64,000 nt of DNA from Eledone cirrhosa (lineage: Eukaryota): NCBI GenBank assembly GCA_964016885.1, contig OZ024748.1, forward strand, positions 22,444,001 to 22,508,000, written 5' to 3'. Shown piece by piece: positions 39,947-53,715 of this stretch. The number at the start of each line of letters is the position of its first letter. Position 1 is the first letter of the stretch. The position numbers and the translations under genes are program-made. The notes under the pieces are model-generated. The model searched no databases and had not been told where the DNA came from. It was given only the letters and a program-made list of their open reading frames with translations.

Positions 39947-40553
39947 GTGGAGGCATGTGGCCTAGTGGTAAGGGTGTTCGGCTTACGATCATAATGACGT
40001 GGGTTCGATTCTGTGTTGTGTTCTTGAGCAAAACACTTCATTTCACGTTGTTCCAGTATACTCAACTGAAAATGAGTACCAGCAATACCCGTGGGTTTAA
40101 CCCTGCGATGTACTAGCGTCATGTACAGGGGAGAGTCTTATATTCGGCGGGATTTGAGTTTAACTTTGCCTTTTTCATTCTTACGGAATCGATAAAATAA
40201 AGTACCAGTAATGCACTGGGATAATTGCTGGCCTTGTGCCAAAAGTAGAAACAATTATATTATATGTCTAAAAGTCTGAAGTCTGTCTTAAGCCATTTAA
40301 GCTCATGTGGTCGGTGCTTATCTCGGTTTTATGGCGTGAAGTGACTGAGAGTACAATACTCCCCCTTGTACAGGACGCCAGTACATCGCAGGGTTAAACC
40401 CACAGCTATTGCTGGTACTCATTTTCAGCTGAGTATACTGGAACAACGTGAAATGAAGTGTTTTGCTCAAGAACACAACACGCAACCCAGGAACCGAACC
40501 CACGACATTATGATCGTAAGTCCAACACCCTTACCATTAGGCCACGTGCCTCC
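39947..40553. mobile_element. Inverted pair of SINE family 2 copies (39947-40142 +, 40310-40553 -) enclosing a SINE-1 3' fragment (40145-40260)
   Basis: tggaggcatgtggcctagtggtaagggtgtt... is mirrored by ...aacacccttaccattaggccacgtgcctcca. Confidence 0.85.
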
Positions 40554-40779
40554 AAGACAGATAATATAATGTATGTATGGAATGAGACGCAATATGTTTT
40601 TGCATAATAGAAAAATTATATATATTCTTACATATAGGCCTCTATTCTGAATCATCCTGTGTTAGTGTTACTGCGAATTAATACTAGCCCGTCAAGCCCT
40701 TACTTCTTCGTCAAACACACATTTATACACACACACACACGCACACACATATATATATATATACATATATATACAAAGA

Positions 40780-40815
<36 letters not shown>

Positions 40816-41318
40816 ACATATATATACACACAAACATATAGATATATATATATACATATATATACACACACTAACATATATATATATATATGCAAGTGTG
40901 TGGTATGTATGGTATGTATGTATATATGAATGTATGTATGTAAGTATATATGTATGTTTGTAAGAATATATGTATGTTTGTATAGCTGCGGGGAGTATTT
41001 GTTTGGACGTATGTCAGCCATGATTAAGCAGACGTATGATAAAACGTCTTCCAGTCGTAATCATTCAGCCATTTTGTATATTAAATATTCTATTGTCCAA
41101 TTTGTGTTTTTCTTGAGAGTCATTTGGCTGCTATTTCCAGCAGATTGTGTGACCAGGTTGGATCAGAATGTGCATGACTGATTGATAATTTATATATATG
41201 GACATTGTTATGAATTGATATGTTTGTATAGACACCCAAACAAATGCTTATTGTAATTATGCATTGTTAACTTTGTCTAAATATGTCATGTATATATCTA
41301 GATATATGTATTTATATA

Positions 41319-41395
<77 letters not shown>

Positions 41396-42351
41396 CGCTG
41401 TTTCTATCTCGTATGTGTACGTGTGCGTTTATTGTAAACATGGGTGTATGACTACGTATCTTTTTTTTTTATATATATTTATTTTGTTGATGTTATTCGG
41501 TCTTCGTCTAGTGTTTTGTGTGTTTGTGCGTGTTATTTAGTGACTGCTTCTTGAGCCTGTCTTTTCGGTGAAGTCGACAGACAAACCTATCAGTTTACGG
41601 TACATTGCTGTCTGTAAGTGGCTGAACTGTGTAGGAATAACGCAGCCAGTTATTACAGCGATCAATGGGTACGAATTTATCAAGAGTTGGGCTTTTAAGC
41701 GATAAACCAGTAATTAGCAGGCCATTTACTTGAACCTATGACCAACTAGTTTGTAAAAGAATCTGCCTAAGAATTAGAAAGAAGCAGATCCGTGCGTAGT
41801 AAAATATCCTCAATGTGCTTTAGCCATTTTTGGGGGTATGAGATCAATTTTCTTCTTAAAGGGCTTGTGACAAAGAATAATTGCCTTGATTTTCCAGTGT
41901 TGAAAACATTTCCATAAAATTAGGTATATGAAACTTAATAAGAGATAAGTAGCGTAGTGGGAACCGTACTGGAGCTTCTATGTTGACTCCTTTTGTGATT
42001 AATTATTTCACGCTCAAGTATCATATGAATTGAGTTTGATTTTTCCATGGAACTGCTATTGTTAAAACATGTATTACTGGTATACTTGATTCGAAGAAAT
42101 ATGCTGCAATGCTTCGCTTTATAGAAAAGAAAATAAGTTTTTTAACATCTCAAAAACAATCGTTCATCTGTAGTAGCTATACGCAGGTATGGCTGTATTG
42201 TTAAGGAGTTTGATTTGCAACCACGTGATGATAGATTCAATTTCACTGCGTGGTACCTTGGATAACTCTCTTCTACAATAACCTTGGAATTGTGAATGAA
42301 ACCTCATAGTTGGAAACTGTGTGGAAGTTAATCGTGTGTGTATATATATAT

Positions 42352-42426
<75 letters not shown>

Positions 42427-42495
42427 CAAGGACGATTTGTTAAGCCTTCATTACGTTTATTGATAGGTGACGCGCGTTTCACTATTGATCAGCTC

Positions 42496-42547
<52 letters not shown>

Positions 42548-42670
42548 TGCGACGAAATATCAATGATAGTTGGCAAATCACTGACGAAGGACTAATTTTA
42601 TCATATGTAACCCATGTGCAACCACGCAGTATTCTTCTTTCTTCTCATGTTTTTTATATATATATATTTA

Positions 42671-42729
<59 letters not shown>

Positions 42730-42731
<2 letters not shown>

Positions 42732-42886
42732 AAGGCGGGTAAAATTCCCGAGATCCATGGACGAGTTCTCTCCAGCGGTCTCTGTCCCTCATTATCGCTG
42801 CCATATCCTGCATCTCCAACAGACCAGTGTCTGTCCTTAGGGCATCAACATATGTTAACCTTGGTCTTCCTCTTCTAGTGTGTCCA
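42730..42886 (-). mobile_element. RTE-type LINE 3' end fragment
   Basis: Near-identical to 43491-43647 and flanked by (TA)n. Confidence 0.85.
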
Positions 42887-42947
42887 AAAAAAAAATATAT
42901 ATATATATATATATAGTAATAATAATAATTATGAAGACCAAAATATT

Positions 42948-43082
42948 TATTATTAGAACAGATTAAAATTTAAGCAAAGAATCGTTGCTTTCACCCTATT
43001 ACGGGATCTTCTGAAAACCAGAAGATCCCGTAATAAGGTGAAAGCAGCGATTCTTGGTTTAAACTTTAATTTGTACTAATAA
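42948..43082. mobile_element. Fold-back palindrome with hammerhead-like core
   Basis: Centre ctg-aaaac-cag. The minus strand reads CAGAAGA-tCCC-gtaata-GGGt-GAA-AGCAA-cgattct-TTGCT-ta. Confidence 0.7.
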
Positions 43083-43083
43083 C

Positions 43084-43170
<87 letters not shown>

Positions 43171-43490
43171 GTGAATTAGGGGTTCGAAAAAAATGAGTTT
43201 GATCAAATAAGTACTGGACTCGATACGATCGATTAAATCAATTCAAGGCGTTTCCCCGGCATAACCGAAGTCTAATGACTGAGACCAGTAAAAAAAGAAT
43301 ATAATATGGTGCCCCAGCATGGCCTCAGCCGGATAGCTGGCTGGAACAGGTAAAAGGGTAAAAGAGTAATATATTTATATATATTTACACACGCACATAC
43401 ACACACATACAAACACACACACACATACATACATACACACATACACATACATATATATGTATGTATATATATATATATATATATTCTATT

Positions 43491-43850
43491 CTAAGGCGGG
43501 TAAAATTCCCGAGATCCATGGACGAGTTCTCTCCAGCGGTCTCTGTCCCTCATTATCGCTGCCATGTCCTGCGTCTCCAACAGACCAGTGTCTGTCCTTA
43601 GGGCATCAACATACGTTAACCTTGGTCTTCCTCTTCTAGTGTGTCCATGTAGGGGCTCCCAAAGGAGCTCTGAGTGCAATGTCAACTCTGGATGTCGGTG
43701 AGCATGTCCAGCCAACCTCAGTCTCCTCTGTGTCACTTTTGAGCTGACTTTTGGGATGCTCCCATACAGCTCTGAGTTTTTCATCCTCAGTGTATACTGA
43801 TTAATGTTCAGAGCCATCCTCAGCAATCTCGTGTAGCACCCATCCACCAT
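43491..43850 (-). mobile_element. 5'-truncated RTE-type LINE, open ORF2 C-terminal 119 aa
   Basis: DGCYTRLLRMALNI...NSELYG...RRLRLAGHAHRH...LLWEP...RRGRPRLTYVD...DRDRWR is a typical RTE ORF2 C-terminus. The stop directly precedes the TA-rich flank. Confidence 0.88.
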
Positions 43851-43872
43851 CCGAGAGACTCGCTCGAATGGT

Positions 43873-43918
<46 letters not shown>

Positions 43919-44006
43919 ATCAATTAACGGAACCATAGACTCTCGCTATTCCCTGTCGATAATGTGCTCAAAGGAGAAGGAATCCTGAGCTCTTTAAAAT
44001 ATAAAA

Positions 44007-44076
44007 TGTTGAAAAGGTAACACACTAGAGAGCGATAGCGCACTATCTCTCTCTCTAGTGTGTTACCTTTTCAACA
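44007..44076. repeat. Hairpin, 26-bp arms, ending a (TA)n-flanked insert (43915-44080)
   Basis: tgttgaaaaggtaacacactagagag ... ctctctagtgtgttaccttttcaaca. Confidence 0.88.
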
Positions 44077-44079
44077 CAT

Positions 44080-44196
<117 letters not shown>

Positions 44197-44199
44197 ATA

Positions 44200-44565
44200 T
44201 TAGCCTAAGAAAATATATATATGCGTGTGTAAATAATTACATGCATACATTTATTTTTTTAAATTAATTGAGTTCTTAACACGTGGAATTGATAATAGTT
44301 TTAAATAACTAATTAACCCGCATGTATTAAATATTTTACTCTTTTGCCAGAGATTTACATTCGCAATCGCCTTTAAAGCGTAACCTTCCGTATTTGCTGC
44401 GGTGATGTGATGTGGTTTATTATTTTGGTATCACCTCTGTTTTTAGCCTAAGAAAATACCTATATGCGTGTGTAATTAATACACGCATACATTTATTTTT
44501 TAAATTTCAATTGAGTTCTTAACACGTTGGATTGATAATGTTTTTGAAAAAACTAATTAACCCGA
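44200..44565 (+). repeat. Diverged direct repeat of about 120 bp (44200-44320 and 44443-44565)
   Basis: ttagcctaagaaaata..tatatgcgtgtgtaa...aattgagttcttaacacgt...aactaattaacccg occurs twice. Confidence 0.85.
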
Positions 44566-45083
44566 GTTTATATTATTTTTTTCTTTTCTCGTGTATCGTG
44601 GTTGTCTCCCCTTCCCGCTTCGTGACGCTATGAAACTTCCTCAGTCAAAAAACTGCTGGAATTTCAAATTTGGCGGTCATTCGATGCGTGAGGGAGCAGC
44701 TTAGCAGACACGATTTTTAACTGCGGTAAGAATTTTTTCTTATATCAAAGTTTAATGGGCTTCCACTGAAGATTTATAAGTGCCCACCTAAATATATTCT
44801 TACATGAATATATGTTAGGCTTCTACATAAACTGGAAACATTCTCCCAATTTGTAGAAAACTTGTAATGAAACAATTGTTTAGAAAGAGAGATTTTAACT
44901 TTAATTATATCTCATAAAATAATACAACTGGCTTTCCACAAAATACATATAGTTAGCACCCCAAACACATAAATTGGGTTATACTAACATATAACCTAAT
45001 GTTTGTTGAGTGAGATGGTTACCAGTCGGAGTAACAACCTTTCGATTGCAAGGCCAATGCTCTAACCACTAAGCCATGTGCCT

Positions 45084-45122
<39 letters not shown>

Positions 45123-45242
45123 TATAGACATAGAATATTCGAAAATATTCTGTATGTTTATAATAAACATTTTGAAGACCTAATCGCTATAGAATAGAAT
45201 ACGTCACGTATTACAATTAGATTCTCGATAAAAGCAAGGGAA

Positions 45243-45285
45243 GTAATCTACGCGTTTCATTCTCGTTAGAAATCATCAGGACTAC
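45243..45285 (-). ncRNA. Type I hammerhead ribozyme (first of six minus-strand copies; others at 45553, 45863, 46173, 46483, 46793)
   Basis: The reverse complement reads GTAGTC-CTGATGA-tTTCT-aacg-AGAAt-GAAAC-GC-GTA-GATTAC. Confidence 0.85.
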
Positions 45286-46940
45286 ATATCCAGTGCTTTT
45301 ATCGAGAATGACACAGCTAGAGACTTATAGAATACTTAGCTGTGTACAGGAACTGGTTTGAAAGAGCGGTTGCCGGTCCGGCAGAAATTAGAAATTGGAA
45401 TAAATGCTCTGAAATAGCGATATATATGTGAATATAGACATAGAATATTCGAAAATATTCTGTATGTTTATAATAAACATTTTGAAGACCTAATCGCTAT
45501 AGAATAGAATACGTCACGTATTACAATTAGATTCTCGATAAAAGCAAGGGAAGTAATCTACGCGTTTCATTCTCGTTAGAAATCATCAGGACTACATATC
45601 CAGTGCTTTTATCGAGAATGACACAGCTAGAGACTTATAGAATACTTAGCTGTGTACAGGAACTGGTTTGAAAGAGCGGTTGCCGGTCCGGCAGAAATTA
45701 GAAATTGGAATAAATGCTCTGAAATAGCGATATATATGTGAATATAGACATAGAATATTCGAAAATATTCTGTATGTTTATAATAAACATTTTGAAGACC
45801 TAATCGCTATAGAATAGAATACGTCACGTATTACAATTAGATTCTCGATAAAAGCAAGGGAAGTAATCTACGCGTTTCATTCTCGTTAGAAATCATCAGG
45901 ACTACATATCCAGTGCTTTTATCGAGAATGACACAGCTAGAGACTTATAGAATACTTAGCTGTGTACAGGAACTGGTTTGAAAGAGCGGTTGCCGGTCCG
46001 GCAGAAATTAGAAATTGGAATAAATGCTCTGAAATAGCGATATATATGTGAATATAGACATAGAATATTCGAAAATATTCTGTATGTTTATAATAAACAT
46101 TTTGAAGACCTAATCGCTATAGAATAGAATACGTCACGTATTACAATTAGATTCTCGATAAAAGCAAGGGAAGTAATCTACGCGTTTCATTCTCGTTAGA
46201 AATCATCAGGACTACATATCCAGTGCTTTTATCGAGAATGACACAGCTAGAGACTTATAGAATACTTAGCTGTGTACAGGAACTGGTTTGAAAGAGCGGT
46301 TGCCGGTCCGGCAGAAATTAGAAATTGGAATAAATGCTCTGAAATAGCGATATATATGTGAATATAGACATAGAATATTCGAAAATATTCTGTATGTTTA
46401 TAATAAACATTTTGAAGACCTAATCGCTATAGAATAGAATACGTCACGTATTACAATTAGATTCTCGATAAAAGCAAGGGAAGTAATCTACGCGTTTCAT
46501 TCTCGTTAGAAATCATCAGGACTACATATCCAGTGCTTTTATCGAGAATGACACAGCTAGAGACTTATAGAATACTTAGCTGTGTACAGGAACTGGTTTG
46601 AAAGAGCGGTTGCCGGTCCGGCAGAAATTAGAAATTGGAATAAATGCTCTGAAATAGCGATATATATGTGAATATAGACATAGAATATTCGAAAATATTC
46701 TGTATGTTTATAATAAACATTTTGAAGACCTAATCGCTATAGAATAGAATACGTCACGTATTACAATTAGATTCTCGATAAAAGCAAGGGAAGTAATCTA
46801 CGCGTTTCATTCTCGTTAGAAATCATCAGGACTACATATCCAGTGCTTTTATCGAGAATGACACTCAAACCAGTTCCTGTACACAGCTAAGTATTCTATA
46901 AGTCTCTAGCTGTGTCATTCTCGATAAAAGCACTGGATAT

Positions 46941-46983
46941 GTAGTCCTGATGATTTCTAACGAGAATGAAACGCGTAGATTAC
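46941..46983 (+). ncRNA. Type I hammerhead ribozyme (first of four plus-strand copies; others at 47251, 47561, 47871)
   Basis: Stem I is GTAGTC/GATTAC, extended past an internal loop by the perfect 16-bp helix attctcgataaaagca/tgcttttatcgagaat. It has CTGATGA and GAAA cores, stem II TTCT/AGAA and palindromic stem III ACGCGT. Predicted cleavage is after the GUA ending at 46977. Confidence 0.87.
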
Positions 46984-48070
46984 TTCCCTTGCTTTTATCG
47001 AGAATCTAATTGTAATACGTGACGTATTCTATTCTATAGCGATTAGGTCTTCAAAATGTTTATTATAAACATACAGAATATTTTCGAATATTCTATGTCT
47101 ATATTCACATATATATCGCTATTTCAGAGCATTTATTCCAATTTCTAATTTCTGCCGGACCGGCAACCGCTCTTTCAAACCAGTTCCTGTACACAGCTAA
47201 GTATTCTATAAGTCTCTAGCTGTGTCATTCTCGATAAAAGCACTGGATATGTAGTCCTGATGATTTCTAACGAGAATGAAACGCGTAGATTACTTCCCTT
47301 GCTTTTATCGAGAATCTAATTGTAATACGTGACGTATTCTATTCTATAGCGATTAGGTCTTCAAAATGTTTATTATAAACATACAGAATATTTTCGAATA
47401 TTCTATGTCTATATTCACATATATATCGCTATTTCAGAGCATTTATTCCAATTTCTAATTTCTGCCGGACCGGCAACCGCTCTTTCAAACCAGTTCCTGT
47501 ACACAGCTAAGTATTCTATAAGTCTCTAGCTGTGTCATTCTCGATAAAAGCACTGGATATGTAGTCCTGATGATTTCTAACGAGAATGAAACGCGTAGAT
47601 TACTTCCCTTGCTTTTATCGAGAATCTAATTGTAATACGTGACGTATTCTATTCTATAGCGATTAGGTCTTCAAAATGTTTATTATAAACATACAGAATA
47701 TTTTCGAATATTCTATGTCTATATTCACATATATATCGCTATTTCAGAGCATTTATTCCAATTTCTAATTTCTGCCGGACCGGCAACCGCTCTTTCAAAC
47801 CAGTTCCTGTACACAGCTAAGTATTCTATAAGTCTCTAGCTGTGTCATTCTCGATAAAAACACTGGATATGTAGTCCTGATGATTTCTAACGAGAATGAA
47901 ACGCGTAGATTACTTCCCTTGCTTTTATCGAGAATCTAATTGTAATACGTGACGTATTCTATTCTATAGCGATTAGGTCTTCAAAATGTTTATTATAAAC
48001 ATACAGAATATTTTCGAATATTCTATGTCTATATTCACATATATATCGCTATTTCAGAGCATTTATTCCA

Positions 48071-48592
<522 letters not shown>

Positions 48593-48607
48593 TGATATAT
48601 ATATATA

Positions 48608-48826
48608 TGTGAAGGCGTGTGGCTGAGTGGTTAGAGAATTGGATTCACAATCTTGAGGTTGTGAGTTCGATTCCTGGACCGGGCGATGTGTTATGTCCTT
48701 GAGCAAGACACTTTATTTCACGTTGCTCCTTCTACCTGGAGTTGCGACCGATAGATAGTACTAGCAACTGGAAAGACCAACGGAAACATTGTTTCCTCGG
48801 TCCGATTTGACGAAAAGTCGATCGAA
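48608..48826 (+). mobile_element. SINE-2-headed chimeric element (inverted twin at 51287-51503)
   Basis: SINE-2 head and core fused to ccttctacctggagttgcgaccgatagatag...gatttgacgaaaagtcgatcg. Confidence 0.8.
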
Positions 48827-49067
48827 AAAAATATATATATATATATATTTATATATATACATATTGGAAAATGTGTGAAATCCTTGGTATAGTCAGGTAT
48901 ATTTAAAAAAAGGAAAAGAATGACTTGATTTGGTTTTGTAGATCTAGTAAGTTCTTTGTTAACTTCGGGGAGGGGGGGGGGCGAGATTTTTTAAGATTCC
49001 TGGTTAACTTTCCTGGGGAACTTTCTGGTATTCGTCGGTGGCAATTGTCAAATATATATATATATAC

Positions 49068-49259
49068 CAGTTCTACCCATTGGTAAACTGCCTAACATAA
49101 ATATATATATATATATACCAGTTCTACCCATTGGTAAACTGCCTAACATAAATATATATATATATATACCAGTTCTACCCATTGGTAAACTGCTTAACAT
49201 AAATATATATATATATATTATATATATTTATGTTAGGCAGTTTACTAATAGGTAGAACT
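49068..49259. repeat. Three tandem copies (about 50 bp) plus one inverted copy, joined by TA runs
   Basis: ccagttctacccattggtaaactgcctaacataaatatat x3, then atatatttatgttaggcagtttactaataggtagaact. Confidence 0.9.
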
Positions 49260-49359
49260 TGTGGTGAGTGTTGCAACAAATTAACTAAAGCACTCAACGT
49301 TAAGCAAGTCATCCATCGTAGATGTGGTATCCAGTGGTTGGTGCAGAAATAGAGTAAAG

Positions 49360-49802
49360 TATTCATTAAAACAACAACGGAAGGCCGGAATGGAAAGTTT
49401 ACTTTAGAATTTTAATTCAGTGAAAGCACTCTACATATTTCGATGTCCCAGCTCTGTCAACTGATTAATGATGCAAGACAAGGCGATCTCATCAGGCGAC
49501 ATATACAGAATTATGTAACGGGATTACGTTGAACCCAAACATAAAATGGAAGATAGGAGAAAGAGAAAAAAGTAGAAGATAGAAATTAGAAAATTCGATT
49601 CTCTTTCTCCTATCTTCCATTCTATGTTTGGATTCAGCCTAATCCTGTTACATAATTCTGCGAATAACATCTGATGAAATCGCCTAGTCTTGCATAATAA
49701 TTGGATGACAGAGCTGGGATATCGAATTATGTATAGTGCTGTCACGGAATTATAATTCTAAAGTGAATTTTCCAGCCAGGCCCTCTGTTGTTTTAATGAA
49801 TA
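49360..49802. mobile_element. Old imperfect 440-bp palindrome with a hammerhead-like core in each arm
   Basis: Ends tattcattaaaacaaca / tgttgttttaatgaata. Minus strand 49432-49495 reads CTGATGA-GAT...ATC-GAAATATGTA. The plus strand has CTGATGA at 49671. Confidence 0.75.
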
Positions 49803-49812
49803 TATACACGCT

Positions 49813-49962
<150 letters not shown>

Positions 49963-50068
49963 ATATATATATTTATATATACATCTACACACACACACAC
50001 ACACACATATTAATATATATATATTACATTTACCCTATATATATGTATATATATATATTACGCATACC

Positions 50069-50137
<69 letters not shown>

Positions 50138-50762
50138 TTTAAGGAGGGGGTGTCAAGAATAGTAGATGACCAATGACCTTAAATTACTCAAAATGCATAG
50201 CTTGGGGCTACACTTAACACAGCTTTATCTGATGGCTCCAGCAATTCCAATAATTAAAGGAGTCGCATAAATAATTATAATAAAATAATGATTGAATATG
50301 AGATTAACAAACTACATCCACTGATAAAAAGCTAAAATTTAAGGCTGTGACAACATTAATAACGACATGAACAGCTTTAATGACAACAATAGTAAATGAA
50401 ATGTTACACACATAGTGACAATAAAAACAAGAGCTATAAGTTTAGCAACACACCCGATGATGTCAACAAAAATTACAGCAACAATAGCAATAATAAATAT
50501 AGAAACTAAAATATATCTTGGCATTTTTATGACTAATACATTAAAAGTGTTGAAAACACTCTACTACACTTCTGGGGGTTTGACAAAATAAAAAAGGTAA
50601 ACAAAAACTTGTGGGGTTAAATTTGGAAATAGGTAATGAGGAAATAGATTAATTTCTGTAGTCAAGTGACTCGATGAAATCTTTCTATATAATATAAAAC
50701 AAGAATTATGTGAATATATAAAACGGGAAAAGTATGGCGTTCGTAGCTTTATAACTGGTTAT

Positions 50763-50950
50763 AGGTGGATTGGCAGTATCAGTAGAGGGTCGGACGCCAT
50801 GCTTTCCAGCATAGTTACGTCCCTTTACGATCTGAGTTCAAATCCCGCCGAGGTTGACTTTGCCTTTCATCCTTACGGGGTCAATAAAATAAAGTACCAG
50901 TAATGCACTGGTTAATTGCTGGCCTTGTGCCTAAAGTAGAAACAATTATA
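50763..50950 (+). mobile_element. SINE family 1, full length
   Basis: Matches 23399-23592 almost exactly. Confidence 0.9.
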
Positions 50951-51237
50951 TTACGTTATGATTAAGTTTCTAACAAAGTACTGAACAAACAACTCATTTT
51001 TCATTCAATTGTCCGTAAACTTTCAGGTACACGTGCTAATGTATATATATACTCGTATATATATATATACATACATATTCTGACGATTTGGTCGGGTATC
51101 GACTGTAATTAAGGTCGAGTGACGTAGCTCCTATCGATCAGCGACTTTTAAACCCGCCTGACTAAAGAAACATTTGTTAATACTGTAATTAAACGCTATT
51201 GTACAGCCGACCACCACGTTATTCTTCATAATTTTGC

Positions 51238-51280
<43 letters not shown>

Positions 51281-51286
51281 TGAGGA

Positions 51287-51657
<371 letters not shown>

Positions 51658-51674
51658 TATATATATATATATAT

Positions 51675-52232
<558 letters not shown>

Positions 52233-53088
52233 ATAATAAGGAGTTGACGGACCCAGCGTATTTATCAATGCCAGGATCGGTTGTATCTCAGCATACTCAA
52301 TAGGTAATGTAGGATTACAGCAACAATAGCAAATCCTTCACCAGAAGAAAGAATGAGAAAAAGGATGAAGTCTTAGGTGTTCATTACGTTTATTGAGTTG
52401 TGACGCGCGTTTCGCGATTGATCAGCTCAAGGTTGGATCTGTATCAATCTGGCCTGACTCTGGAATCAAAGTTCTTCGGACTTCTGTTATGGTAATAACA
52501 TATAATATATAGATATCCATAGTATATATTCAGTTGGAGAGACGTCGTAATATTTTACAAACCTGACCCTATCCAATGATTTGGTAAGTTGATCATCCTA
52601 ATGTGTCTACGTTACCTTCTCTTCTTCTTCATCTACCTATTACGAAGGTCGGTGTCATGTTTGCAAATAATTAATAATGAGAAGAAAAGCAAATCTTGGG
52701 CCTTTTCTTTGTACAACCATTGCTCATTTAAATTTTAAGAAGGTCCTTGAAATATTTAATTTCCCAGATATGCTACTGATTTGCTGATCCCCTAACGAGC
52801 TCATTTACAAATATGTTGATTTGATCCCGGGATCAAGTGAGCAAGGACTCGATCCTCATATGGGTGCGTTGTTGTTCTATTGGAAGGTGGAAAACTAATT
52901 CAAAACTGAAAGCCGCGTGAACGAATATTTATGTTTACATGAATTAATTACTATGATTATTTACTATTGTTATTATTATAATTATGTATGTTATATACAT
53001 ATAACATACATATACATACATGCATTCATACATACATACGTACGAACATACGTACGTACATACATACATATATATAATATATATATAC

Positions 53089-53123
<35 letters not shown>

Positions 53124-53154
53124 CATATATATATACATGTATATATATAGGTAA

Positions 53155-53346
53155 GTTATTCCGGATTGAATCGGAGGTAACCACAGTAAGTAAGGTACAC
53201 AATGCATAGCAGAGTATAAAGGTTTTAATATAGAAGAGATTCTACAGGACTAGAACTGTTTCATTCGTGAGAAATCATCAGGATTCAGATGATTTCTCAC
53301 GATTGAAACAGTTCTAGTCCTGTAGAATCTCTTCTATATTAAAACC
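53155..53346 (-). mobile_element. Family B fold-back element
   Basis: Arms ggttttaatatagaagagattctacaggactagaactgtttca / tgaaacagttctagtcctgtagaatctcttctatattaaaacc surround tcatcaggattcagatga. Confidence 0.85.
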
Positions 53347-53370
53347 TATATATATATATGTATATATATT

Positions 53371-53443
<73 letters not shown>

Positions 53444-53445
<2 letters not shown>

Positions 53446-53630
53446 CGAAGGAAAAGTGGTAAGGAACCAGGTGGACCATAACGCACCAAAGTACTCAACA
53501 CTTAGGGTAGTAGAGTGGGTAATAGGAGTAAGTAAGACCCCGACGGCTGAGCTCAAGCCGTTTCGACGGCGAATTCCGTACAGAATTAGCTCGAAACGGC
53601 TTGAGCTCAGCCGTCGGGGTCTTACTTACT

Positions 53631-53635
<5 letters not shown>
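53444..53635 (-). mobile_element. Family A fold-back element
   Basis: Same body as 4354-4540, with arms around gaattc-cgtaca-gaatt and (TA)n on both sides. Confidence 0.85.
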
Positions 53636-53715
<80 letters not shown>

